Shown here: piece by piece, positions 9,971 to 20,481 of the stretch
Position numbering within the stretch: position 1 is the stretch's first letter
How the letters are laid out: each line of letters opens with the position of its first letter
Source of the DNA: Diplonema japonicum
Taxonomy: Eukaryota > Protista > Euglenozoa: Diplonemea
NCBI GenBank assembly: GCA_964019335.1
Contig: OZ025696.1
Coordinates: forward strand, 1 to 64,000
Reading direction: 5' to 3'
DNA: 64,000 nt
Made by a program: the position numbers and the translations under genes
The notes under the pieces: model-generated
Seen by the model: the letters and a program-made list of their open reading frames with translations, nothing else
Databases searched by the model: none
Told to the model about the DNA's origin: nothing

Positions 9971-10110
9971 ATTCCTATATTCTAAGACAGTAAGTACCAG
10001 TAGGGACAGCGAAATAGCAGTTTCTTTTATAATGGGTGAGAGACAAAAGAGCATACGACACTAATGAAAAAAGGGAAAAAGAAAAGCACTGGGCTAGTTT
10101 GGCTTTACAT

Positions 10111-11611
10111 TTACTTACGGTCAACGATCCACAGGATAGCGCCTGCAACCCATGTGAAGGCCATGCTATGTAAGTGTTGATTGAGGTGAACAAAGGGACA
10201 TACAAGAGCAGCATGATGGTAGCGGCGTTGAGCTCATAAGTCTGAGGTTCATTCTTCGCTTGGATCTTGTTCTCCTGAATTTGTGCCATCCTCTCAGCGA
10301 CCTCTTGCTCTTTACTCTCAGACTCAACTTTCTTCTCCTCTTGCTCCGCTGCTTGAAGTTCTGCAAGCTTCTTGTGCTCCTCTCTTGCCTGCTTCTTTCT
10401 GTTCACCATCTTCTTCTCGACATCAGGTGCGTAAGAGCTGGTGTCTCCAACAACGCGAGTCGCATTCTTCTGCGAATGAAGAAACAAAAAATGCTTTATT
10501 TATCCTTACCAATGTCACATACCGCCTTCTTGTCGTCCGTGAGGCCTTCCGTCGTGGCACCTGCGTTTTTCAACATCTCAACAATGTCAGCCTTGCCCTG
10601 GATCCATGCCAGTGAGATAGGAGTCTCGTCCTGTGCGTCGGTGGGGTCCACGTTGACACCCTCGAACGAGACCAGCTTCTTCACAATTGATGAGTGGCCG
10701 TTCATGGCGGCATAATGCAGGCAGGTGCTTCCGTCCTCGGCCTGGCAGTTGATGAGGTCGACAGGTTCCTTGTGGTCCAAGATGGCATTGACGAGCTCCA
10801 AGCATCCATCCATGCATGCTTCGTGTAGTGGCGTCACGCCCTCCTCGTCGCTAGAGGTGACGGAGGCACCAAGGGACAGGAGCTTCAAGGCGATGGGTGT
10901 GTTTCCCGTGGAGCAAGCCTGCATGAAAGGAGTCCCGCGTGCGGTTTTCATGTCGACGAGCTTCAGCATGTCGGACGACCCACCGAGGACAGTCTGCGCC
11001 TTGTCGATGATGAAGTCGGCAAGCTCACGGCAGTCTGCCTCACTGGCCGCGAGGTGGAGAACGGTGCTGTCGTTCTCGTCCTTCAGCCTCAGAGCGTTGA
11101 TAACATCTGTGTTGCTGACAGGCATCGAGACCTTGTGCCTGTGTGTCTCCTCCTCCTCGCCTGAGAGTGCCTCTTCCTCGTACTCCTCGGGGGTCATGAG
11201 GACGCATGCTATCTTCTGCGACCCTTCAGTGGCAAGCCTTGCCGCTAGATGGATGGCCGTCTCACCCTCTGCGTCCTGTGCGCTGAGCTTTCCACCGTAC
11301 TTCACAACATCCATAGCGGTGATGTCGTCCTCTTCCATGATGCAGTAGTGCAGCGCAGTCTTCCCGTCCCTGTCCTTTTGTGCGGCTTTGGCGCCTAATG
11401 ATAGCAGCATCTCGCTAATGTCGCTCATGCGCTCCTCTACAGAAAGCATCAGCACTGTCTGACCCTTCTTGTTGCAGGCGTTCACACAGCTTCCATTCAT
11501 TTGAAAGAAGTCCTCTGCCTTTCTGATGTCGCCCTTCTTCACGATCTTCACCGCCTCGGCATCCTTGTCACCGGCAGGGCTGCCACCACCACCACCTCCT
11601 TTCTTACCCAT
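10111..11611 (-). CDS. Ankyrin repeat protein with coiled coil and C-terminal tail anchor; exons 11611-10523, 10469-10204, 10165-10111
   Basis: Ankyrin repeats; removing two GT-AG introns keeps the frame and ends ...IMLLFMAFTWVAGAILWIVDRK*. Confidence 0.85.
10166..10203 (-). other. 38-nt intron (GTATGT...ATAG)
   Basis: Splicing yields a clean C-terminal TM helix and a stop at 10111-10113. Confidence 0.75.
10470..10522 (-). other. 53-nt intron (GTATGT...GCAG)
   Basis: Joins ORF 10496..11611 in frame to ORF 9975..10487 (DDKKA|KNATR). Confidence 0.85.
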
Positions 11612-13145
11612 TTCTTTCTTCTCGTCTGAGAAAAGTTACATGTAAGTAGGTAATAATATACAGGAAAGCAGAAACGGACCTGAATAAAACATATGGGAGG
11701 AAGGTGGACGGGGAGGTGGGAAGGGGAGAGGAAACACTGTCCTTCTTTAAATGTACTTTTCTATTCAAATGCGGGACGTGTCTCTTTTGGAATAGGGAGG
11801 GGGGGGGGGGGGTGGAGAGAGACTTTTTCTTTTCACTATTCTTCTTTTTTTTTTTACTATATGTTGTGATGGATAGAATTGAAAAAAAAATGGGGGGGGG
11901 AGGAAAAAAAAATGGATTCCTTTTCCCTTCAAGATAACATAGTACTTCGAAAGAGGGGAATGGAGAAAAGTAAGGGTAGAAAGAAGAAGACCTTTTTTTC
12001 TGGTCGTATCTTCTTGGCACGAAGTTACAAGAGAAAAAAAGAAGGTGGGCTTTGAAAGAAAAAGAAGTCGAAGACACGAAGGGAAGGCACCTTTGCCCAG
12101 AAGCTAGAATGTATGGGGAAAGTAACAAGAGGAACTGAGGAGGCGAAGAAAGAAGAAGGGGTCTGTAGGCTCGCATTCTTTTTCTTTTTTTTTTTCATTT
12201 CCTCTCCAGAAATGAACTAAACAGCACCAATAATGGGGATATTACATATCAAAGAGCTTGTCAGTAAAGTAAAAAAAAATGGTTAGATATATTCTTTCAA
12301 ACGTGCATACTGGCTCTTCCGACACCACTTTAAAAAGAAAAGGCAAAAGTAGGTAAACAAAAGTGTCCCTTTAGGGCGCACCGTTTTGCTACTTGTGCAT
12401 CATATGGTACCTCCTACTGTGCAAAAAAAGATGGGGAATAAGGCCCATCATACCGGTTCTCCTCGTGCCTGTGAGTTCCATTGTTCCTTGATGGAAAAAA
12501 AACAAAAAAAAAAAAAACAAATAGGACACAGTATTTCTTTTTCCTTTTTTTCACTTTAGGGGCGAAAAACAAAAAAAAATAAAGAAGGGCAGAGGAAAAA
12601 TGCAGTAGCATTTCCCGTTCCTTACCTCATGGGTGAAAGAAAAAAAAGGGCCTTTTTCTTCCGCGGGCGCCTATTCTTTTCTTTTTAAAACTTCTTCCGT
12701 TCTTCTCCTTGTTTTTCTTTTCTTAGCCAATGTTGCTGATATGTTGATATCTTTTCTTAAAAGAAAAAGAGAAAAAAAACCGTATTAATATAAAAGAAAT
12801 GTAACAAAAAAAAAACGAGGGGGGGAAGAGGGGGGATGCCTCACAAATATTCTGATGTTTTCTTTTTTCTTTCTTTCCCCCTTTCTTTTTGCTCTTTCTT
12901 CCCCTGAGAGGAAAAGAGACAAAAAAAAAGAAAGAAAGCCAGTTGCCATGCCGAAAGTTTTTCTTTTTATTTCTTTCATTTTTCTTTCTTTAAATATATT
13001 TTCTACCTCTTCCAGTGGAAGGTTCTCTTTTTGCCTTTTTCTTTTTGAAAAATCTGTATAAACATCGATACTTAATCTGGCATTCTCTGACGGGGGGCAA
13101 GGGGGGAATAAAAGCTAGAAAGAGAATAACAAATAACAAAAGAAA

Positions 13146-13676
13146 TCACAAGAAATCCTGAATGCTTATGGCGACGTCACCTGAGGACGAAGTCTCTGCA
13201 GTTGAGGTACCCGTAGGCTTGGGCGAAGGAAAGCCTTGCTGAGGTCTTGCGTGGGCGTGAAACAGCTCAGTAGCAGCGGTGGCGATCTCAGCCTTGCTGA
13301 GCTTCATGATGGAGGGCTGCTCAAGGTACCGGTAGACGGCTATCATGTTCGCGACGAAAAGCATACAAAAGTAGCACGCGTGGGTGTCGTAGAACTCAGC
13401 CCTCTCGTTGGGGAAGGTCTGCACGTACTTATGCACCCACATGCCTAGCCCGCTCACCCCAATGATGTGAGCGGCAATGATGGGGAGGTATAGGTCGATG
13501 TTCTGTCTGTGCAAGGCAGCGTTCACGAACGTCATAAACAGGATGCTGCTCGGCAGCACCACGCAGCTGTACCTCTCGCAGTTGTACAGGTTCATCACCT
13601 CCAAGTACGTAATCATCATCTGGCAGAAGCTCAGGAAAATGTGGAAGTAGAAGCTGTTTTTGTGATATGTCATCAT
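13146..13676 (-). CDS. Small multi-pass membrane protein of unknown function
   Basis: GC-rich coding island in AT-rich DNA, about 4 hydrophobic segments; likely start MMTYH at 13676. Confidence 0.7.
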   Translation of the reverse strand: MMTYHKNSFYFHIFLSFCQMMITYLEVMNLYNCERYSCVVLPSSILFMTFVNAALHRQNIDLYLPIIAAHIIGVSGLGMWVHKYVQTFPNERAEFYDTHACYFCMLFVANMIAVYRYLEQPSIMKLSKAEIATAATELFHAHARPQQGFPSPKPTGTSTAETSSSGDVAISIQDFL

Positions 13677-14452
13677 CTTGCGTTTTTTTTTTCTTTTTTT
13701 ATGCTGCATTTTTTAATTTTATTTTTCTTTTTGCACAACAAAATAATAGATACACTCGCAAGATTTTATCCTTGATTAGAAAAAAGAAACGGGAAAAGCA
13801 AACAACCCAGGGGGGGGGGGGGGGTAGGAGAAAAAGGGCACCCTTGCTTACTGGGAGGGAGAAACATCCGTTTTGTTCTTCTTAATCCCTTCTCTCCCCC
13901 AGCAGTTTTCTTTAATAAATCATTTTAAAGAAAAGGCTTCGTAGCAGAATTGACCAAAGTCCTCCTTTTGAGGTAAAAAAGAAAAGATTGTTAACCGTTT
14001 TGGTACTACACAAGAAAAAAATAAATAAACCATAGTCATCAAGAGTCACAGGCCTCAGGGGAAAAGAAAAAAAGAAACAGAACCGTTATCTACTTGGGCC
14101 GACGGAAGAGGCAAGTTCTTCATTTTGAGCTCAGCTGCACTTAGGGTACTAGCTGCGTACTACCCGTACGACTCGTGATGACCGATGGAAATATCAACAA
14201 GGAAAAGAGGGAAATACAAATAGAATACAAAAAGAAAACACTGTTAAAACCTAAGCAAAAGAAAAAACAAATTTCTGATCACAATAAAAAAAAGGGGGGG
14301 GGTTGGGGAAGTCGAACGGAAGGAACCAAAAAAGAAAAAAAACTCTCGATCTCATAACGTCTAGGTGACACAAGTCAAACGACCATCACTGTCAACCCCA
14401 AGCGTACAGGGGATGGGCACATTGGAGCGAGCTTCATGGCGTGCCTGGTCTG

Positions 14453-14620
14453 TCTGTGCCTGGGTGACAGTTGCTCAGCCGGTTGCAATAGCTGATGACA
14501 CCCGGCCAAGGTTTGCCTTATTCTTGTCTCTCTGTCGAGCACCAGTCACCCTGGCACGGACCTTCCTGAAATGATTCGCATAAGGGAAGGTGTCGTTGCG
14601 CACCAAAGGTCCTGCCTCAT
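14453..14620. repeat. Dispersed hairpin-forming repeat, copy 1
   Basis: TCTGTGCCTGGGTGACAGTTGCTC...GAGCACCAGTCACCCTGGCACGGA stem followed by CCTTCC..GGAAGG; homologous to ~34750-34890, ~37116-37258 and ~25748-25818. Confidence 0.8.
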
Positions 14621-15033
14621 TAATAAAAAATTTGATAAATTTCGGTGTGCGGGTGGGTGCTCACCGTTCAGGGAGAAATTCACACTAATCGGTCACCGTT
14701 CTGCGGAAAAAAAGAACAACGCAAGAAAGGAAGATGGGTGAAGCGTGCCGGAATTGCGCACCTCTAAGGAAGGAGGGAAAAAAAAGAACAGGAGGCTTAG
14801 GAGAATCTTGGAAGGAAAATCATGCAAGAAAAAAGCAAAACAAGAACAGGAATAACTATTCTTTGCTTGAGCATGACGGAGAAGAATTTGCGATACGCCC
14901 CACATGGGTAGAAAGCCACCCGGCGTATAAAGGGTTGAAGAAAAAAGAGAAATACAACCCTATAATCTAGATATCTCAAAAAAGAAAAGAGTCATTCAAC
15001 AAACTATAGAAAGATCTGTTAAAAAATAAACGT

Positions 15034-16797
15034 TTATGCTTCCCACCAAAGGAACGGCTCACCAAAAGGCCATCGAGGGATACCTTTAGGCTTTCGCTCA
15101 GGGGAGCGACGGTTCCAGCCCGGGTGGATGGATTGAATGAAATTTGTCTGAGAGGTGGTAGAGTCGATGGCAGCTATCTTATATCCAGAAATCTTGTTTT
15201 TGTAGATCTCATTGCATGAGCAGCCTGCGCGGATGTAGATGCCTCTCTCGTGCTGCCCGATGAGCTCATTGTAGGCAACTATGTTAAACTTCGATCCAGT
15301 GAAGTCCAGATCCTGTGCTCCGATATCGTCAGAAGGGTCCGAGAGCAGCATGACACCAGGGAAGGCGATGTGCTTGCTCAAACTTCGATCGTTCCCGTTC
15401 ACGACGTTGGCCAGCACTACGTTGTAGAAGCTTGTCCTCACCATCTTTATCCCACCCCCGTGGTTGCTCGCCACCATGTTCCCGCTCAGAATGTTGTACA
15501 CCCCATTGTCAATCGACACACCGGGAAGCTTGAAGATCGTCAGCCCGTCCGACCCCGTCCTGTTGTCCGGTACCTCCTGCTTCAGAACATGTGGTGCCTG
15601 ATTGCCTCTTCGACCGCAGTTGTGTATGAAATTACCATGCAGCACGTTAGATGCACTTCCCCCGTCAATGCAGAGCCCTTCCTTTTCCGAGGAGTCTATC
15701 TCGTTCCCAATCAATGCGTTTCCCACACACCCGTCCAAGTAGACACCCTGAGCACGGCTTCTCAATATCTTGTTTCTCAAGAGAACGTTGCCATGTGGGT
15801 ACCGCCGCCGTTTTAAAAGGGAGTAGTCTGGGTCGTGGTGAAGGTGCCGCGACAGGAGGAAGGACACACCTGTCAAGATGTCGATGTCGCGGTAGGTAAG
15901 CACGATCCCCGCATGCCAGTTCGCGATGCCTGTCCCGCCCACCACACGATTCTCCTGCAGCAAGGACCCTGAAACATTCCCATGCACAATAATTCCCCCG
16001 GCTCCTGAGTCCCTCACCACATTGTTGACAATCCATAGCCCTGACGAGTCAGATAGCGTCATGCCTGCTTGTTGAGAGTTCACCAGTGTCGATCCCTTTA
16101 TCGTTACATTGTGCGACCTGTGCACTAAAAGGTGTCCTGCCTTGAAGTCGCCGTCTTTTTGGTAGAAACCGACTGGTGGCGTTGCTTTGTAAACCAGCCG
16201 CATGTTCAGCAGTACTATATTCACGGAATTCTCGACGTGAAGCATGTACCGCTGTGTGGTCACTATGTCCATCACAACCTCCGCTCTACGGAAGTCTACC
16301 ACAAGGTTCTTTGTGTTGTTGATCAGCAGCGGTGTGTTTCCCTTGATACCATCAAGGGACATTATTGTCACTTTTCTACCTGATTCTATATACTCTTGTA
16401 GGTCTGAGAAACTGTTTACATTCGCGGACACTAACGTAGTGGGCTCCATCTCCAGCCGTCTCTTGAATTCCAGCTGCATATCATTCGCCTGTCCAAAGGT
16501 CACCGCCCCCGTCTCGAGCGTCGCTCCTATGTCAGCAGCACTCCGATACACCTGCGTCGGCTGCACCAGCTTTATAATCTCTTCTGCACACTTTTCCTCT
16601 GGGTGTGTCAGATTCCTGATTGGCGGAAGACGGTAGTTCGAGAGGAGAACCTGCAACCCAGTATAAGAAGTACGACTTCGATACAGGACCTTCTGTGTGC
16701 CCTTGAAGGCAGTTGTTCCGAGATACACATAATTCACCACCAATACTGCCGAAAGTACCAACAGGATGACGGCATACTGCTTGCGCACTTGCAGCAT
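15034..16797 (-). CDS. Membrane-anchored right-handed beta-helix (pectin lyase-like) protein, paralogue A
   Basis: N-terminal TM; repeated GI.L....N.I..N.I motifs; likely start MLQVRK at 16797. Confidence 0.85.
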   Translation of the reverse strand: MLQVRKQYAVILLVLSAVLVVNYVYLGTTAFKGTQKVLYRSRTSYTGLQVLLSNYRLPPIRNLTHPEEKCAEEIIKLVQPTQVYRSAADIGATLETGAVTFGQANDMQLEFKRRLEMEPTTLVSANVNSFSDLQEYIESGRKVTIMSLDGIKGNTPLLINNTKNLVVDFRRAEVVMDIVTTQRYMLHVENSVNIVLLNMRLVYKATPPVGFYQKDGDFKAGHLLVHRSHNVTIKGSTLVNSQQAGMTLSDSSGLWIVNNVVRDSGAGGIIVHGNVSGSLLQENRVVGGTGIANWHAGIVLTYRDIDILTGVSFLLSRHLHHDPDYSLLKRRRYPHGNVLLRNKILRSRAQGVYLDGCVGNALIGNEIDSSEKEGLCIDGGSASNVLHGNFIHNCGRRGNQAPHVLKQEVPDNRTGSDGLTIFKLPGVSIDNGVYNILSGNMVASNHGGGIKMVRTSFYNVVLANVVNGNDRSLSKHIAFPGVMLLSDPSDDIGAQDLDFTGSKFNIVAYNELIGQHERGIYIRAGCSCNEIYKNKISGYKIAAIDSTTSQTNFIQSIHPGWNRRSPERKPKGIPRWPFGEPFLWWEA

Positions 16798-16887
16798 TTC
16801 ATCTGTAATGGAAATAAGCAACAAACATGGTTTAAAAAGAAGAAAGGAGTGAGGGGAAAGCTATGCTATAAAGCAAGCTAGACAGTA

Positions 16888-18531
16888 TTACCACTGCAAC
16901 ACCATAGGAGCCATTTTCAGCATATCTACCATGTCGCGTCCTTCTTCTGTGAGACCTTTAGTAGAGTACTGCTTGCCTCGCAAGGCGGCCATCCCTACCT
17001 CATTATAACGAGCCCACTTCTGCCCGCATCCCATCTCGAGCTGGTACATCCACTCCGCATCCATGACAGCCACTTCCTGCACCAACATCACTTCATACAG
17101 GAAAGATGCCTCATCCTCATGCCCCTCCCTGATGAACAACACGTTATGAGGGATGAGCCGCAAGGCCTTCATTTGTTCCACGTCCTTGTACACTACCATA
17201 TCTGCCACGATGGGGTACTCTTCCTTGCGTCCAAGCCTCTCGATCACAGCCAGCCGCAGGGGTAGCTTCCCCACAATGCTGAACCGTCGCATCTCTTCGC
17301 ATCCGAGATCGCCGCACGTCACTGTTCCTGAGCCAACAGCAGCATTGACATCAATGCAAGTGCTGTCGATGTTTGCATTAATGACACGAGCACACAAGGA
17401 CAAGGCTGAGTCAACTGCGGCACAAGTATGCCTGATACAGGGACGTGCTGCGTTGAAGCTCATTTGGATGCGATCGCCAGAAAGGTCGTTGATGATACCT
17501 TTGAAAGAAGTGACGATGGTAAGCGCCTCAGAGACTAACCAAGAGTTCGAGTTCGCAAACCTCTCAACATCGAGCAAGGTGTCCTTCACATTCAAGAGGA
17601 GCATCGAGATACGTGCTTCTCTGATATCTTGATGGATCAGAGTAGCAAGGCAGCAGTCGAAGGTGTTAGACTGATATTCAGCAATCATGGCGTCATTGCT
17701 TTCTTCGTAATGCCGGCTGAAACACGACTGTGGAAGATACGGGCGATAAGCGTTAAGATTGGTGACGAGCATCGTGAAGGCTTTGCAGAGCTCAGGAGGT
17801 ACCTCAGCTCTGTCGAGGTGGTGCATGGCCGCTTCGAGGTTGTAGTCAGCCAGGGACTGCGCGACAAGCTCGGCAACGTTGATCGTTGTCTCCAGCTCTA
17901 CATTGAACTGCTGCATGTGGTCGGCGAAGTATTTGGTTAGTAAGAGGTCTACTACGAACACAGTTATCTGCATCAATGCACCACCCAAAAGACCACTAAA
18001 GCCGGTCTTGCATGGCGGTTTAGCACATGTATTCACAACGCGATCCTCACGGGGAGGGGAACCAGGGAGATCATAGAGACCAATTCGGTAGGCGTGCTCG
18101 AATGCTGTGGTGAAAAGCCACAAGATGCATATAGTGGTAACAAGGACTATGATGCGCTTCCTTGCTCTGAAGAGCAGCAAGCTGTCGATAAGCAGAACGA
18201 ACAACGGCCACGAACGGTTTGCACCTATGATCGCACGATGCAGATCGGCTATTATAATAGCAAAGCTAAACAAAACCCAGCTGACCTCCATGATGCTGTG
18301 AGGGTATGTCCTCTTCACTATCATATACACAATTCCGAAGAATGCCGTTGAAACCGCCAAGCCGGTGCCCACCTTCCCGTACGCAGAAGTGAAAGACAAT
18401 GTCGTCACACCAGAGGCAACGCACACGATGCAAAAACTTATAAATAGCATTTTCTTCCTCACCCGTTCGTCTCCCGTGTCATTGACATGCATGAGCATCT
18501 CGAAACATGGTGCACACAGATTGTTGAACAT
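16888..18531 (-). CDS. Multi-TM class III nucleotide cyclase-like protein (degenerate)
   Basis: About 6 TM helices, YDLPG..C..PPC loop, NLNAYRPYLPQS linker, SGDRI, GDLG, EWMYQL. Confidence 0.8.
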   Translation of the reverse strand: MFNNLCAPCFEMLMHVNDTGDERVRKKMLFISFCIVCVASGVTTLSFTSAYGKVGTGLAVSTAFFGIVYMIVKRTYPHSIMEVSWVLFSFAIIIADLHRAIIGANRSWPLFVLLIDSLLLFRARKRIIVLVTTICILWLFTTAFEHAYRIGLYDLPGSPPREDRVVNTCAKPPCKTGFSGLLGGALMQITVFVVDLLLTKYFADHMQQFNVELETTINVAELVAQSLADYNLEAAMHHLDRAEVPPELCKAFTMLVTNLNAYRPYLPQSCFSRHYEESNDAMIAEYQSNTFDCCLATLIHQDIREARISMLLLNVKDTLLDVERFANSNSWLVSEALTIVTSFKGIINDLSGDRIQMSFNAARPCIRHTCAAVDSALSLCARVINANIDSTCIDVNAAVGSGTVTCGDLGCEEMRRFSIVGKLPLRLAVIERLGRKEEYPIVADMVVYKDVEQMKALRLIPHNVLFIREGHEDEASFLYEVMLVQEVAVMDAEWMYQLEMGCGQKWARYNEVGMAALRGKQYSTKGLTEEGRDMVDMLKMAPMVLQW

Positions 18532-18608
18532 TGAACACCTAGTGTATTATGACCAATAACATTATAATAGGGAAGTATGCCTCGGATCAGATGCTGGAAA
18601 GCACCATA

Positions 18609-20240
18609 TCACCAATATAGCATCTTAAAGCCAATCTGTATGCCACGGACCATGTTGATCTCTTCTTCCGTGAGACCTTTAGTAGAGTACTGCTTGCCTC
18701 GCAAGGCGGCCATCCCTACCTCATTATAACGAGCCCACTTCTGCCCGCATCCCATCTCGAGCTGGTACATCCACTCCACATCCATGACAGCCACTTCCTG
18801 CACCAACATCACTTCATACAGGAAAGATGCCTCATCCTCATGCCCCTCCCTGATGAACAACACGTTATGAGGGATGAGCCGCAGGGCCTTCATTTGTTCC
18901 ACGTCCTTGTACACTACCATATCTGCCACGATGGGGTACTCTTCCTTGCGTCCAAGCCTCTCGATCACAGCCAGCCGCAGGGGTAGCTTCCCCACAATGC
19001 TGAACCGTCGCATCTCTTCGCATCCGAGATCGCCGCATGTCACTGTTCCTGAGCCAACAGCAATGTTGATCGTCATACCCCTGGCTTCATCCCCCTCGGA
19101 TCTTACCCGTCGGAACAGGGACAAAGCTGAGTCAACTGCGGCACAAGTATGGTTGATGCAGGAACGTGCTGCGTTGAAGCTGGCGTGTATGTGGTCACCC
19201 ATGAAAGTGTCAGTGAGCCCTTTGAAGGAAGCAGTGGTGCTGATGGTTGCTAATAGCAGCCAGGAGTGTGAATCGACAAAGCTCTCCACGAAGATGGTGT
19301 CATTCATGTTGACTACTAGTAGCGACACACGCTTCTGTATCATTGTCTTCATCTCGAAGATGCTTGGTGAGTCGTGAGAGGCAAAAAGGGGAGTGCGGAT
19401 GGAGGCGATCCATGCTTCATCGTCGTGCTGTGGTATGCACGACGGAGGGAGGTAGGGCCGGTATTTCTTCAGATTCGAAAGAATATCTGTGAAGGATTCA
19501 AGGAGCCCTTGGGGGAGCGGGTGCTCGTGAAGGATCGATTCAGCTAACTTCAGGTCGAATTCAGCCAGAGCCTGGGCAACGTGACGTGAGGTGGTTATTG
19601 AGATCTCAACGTTATAGCGTTCCTTCTCTGCCGACGCAGCGAAACCACGGGTGGCTACGAAATCGCACACGAAGACAGCCAGCGAAGAAATACCAACAAA
19701 GATGCTCGAGAGACCTCCTGCGCAGGGTGGCGCCTCACAGTCACAAAATGCAGTGCGTTGCGAATAGGACGGCGTGCCCTTGATGTCGTAAAGGCCGAAA
19801 CGGAAGCTGTCCTCTATGACAGAAATAACAAGCCAAACAAGCGCGGCAATCATTAAGATAAATGCATCCCGGTGAGGTAGCCGAATGATCAGAAAGAAAT
19901 CGATAAGCAATATGAACAACGGCCAGGACCTTGGGGTCTGTTCGGCAGCTCGTGCAAAATCACCAAGAACAACGGAGACGAACCAAAGCCAAGCCATGAC
20001 ACGCATCCAGAATGGGGGGAGGGACCGGAAGACGAAAAGCCGCACCAGAGCGATCACACTCGAGCACACACTCACAAGCCCGCCCAGCTTGCCATAAGGC
20101 GTGTGGTTGAGAACTGCTAAGATTCCAAGCAAGAGTCCACACAAGCTCAGAACCAAAACTACTTTGTGCTTTAATACATCAACCTCAGACATGCCATCGG
20201 TGACGAGTAGTCGAAGGAACCACTGCCTGTTCCATTCCAT
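18609..20240 (-). CDS. Multi-TM class III nucleotide cyclase-like protein (degenerate), tandem paralogue
   Basis: Same architecture; C-terminal region nearly identical to 16888..18531; likely start MEWNRQ at 20240. Confidence 0.8.
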   Translation of the reverse strand: MEWNRQWFLRLLVTDGMSEVDVLKHKVVLVLSLCGLLLGILAVLNHTPYGKLGGLVSVCSSVIALVRLFVFRSLPPFWMRVMAWLWFVSVVLGDFARAAEQTPRSWPLFILLIDFFLIIRLPHRDAFILMIAALVWLVISVIEDSFRFGLYDIKGTPSYSQRTAFCDCEAPPCAGGLSSIFVGISSLAVFVCDFVATRGFAASAEKERYNVEISITTSRHVAQALAEFDLKLAESILHEHPLPQGLLESFTDILSNLKKYRPYLPPSCIPQHDDEAWIASIRTPLFASHDSPSIFEMKTMIQKRVSLLVVNMNDTIFVESFVDSHSWLLLATISTTASFKGLTDTFMGDHIHASFNAARSCINHTCAAVDSALSLFRRVRSEGDEARGMTINIAVGSGTVTCGDLGCEEMRRFSIVGKLPLRLAVIERLGRKEEYPIVADMVVYKDVEQMKALRLIPHNVLFIREGHEDEASFLYEVMLVQEVAVMDVEWMYQLEMGCGQKWARYNEVGMAALRGKQYSTKGLTEEEINMVRGIQIGFKMLYW

Positions 20241-20481
20241 TGAGTCCCTACCAGCCTTTAAAACTGTTGTCAAAGAACTCTTTTCTAGGGGGAAACTGGT
20301 CAAAAGATAAAGCTTGAGCACGCCGTGGTTGAGCTGAGTAATGACATAGCGCCCTACTACAGAAAAAGAAGGAGTAAACACCGGGCGCAGGAAAGGTAAA
20401 AGTCAATGCCTAACCGCGAACACATTTGGAGATATTGCGTTTCATTGCTTGTGTATAAACACGAGAGTATCGTAGCAGAAG

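Noticed and set aside
12250-12420. Similarity to ~59585-59720 (shared AAAGTGGTGTCGGA in opposite orientation)
   Set aside because: Probably old repeat copies, but too diverged to define boundaries by eye.
14491-14572. Hammerhead ribozyme or C/D snoRNA (CTGATGA...GAAA) in the hairpin repeat
   Set aside because: Stem II closure and the cleavage-site arm do not form, and CTGATGA is not kept at this position in copy 2.
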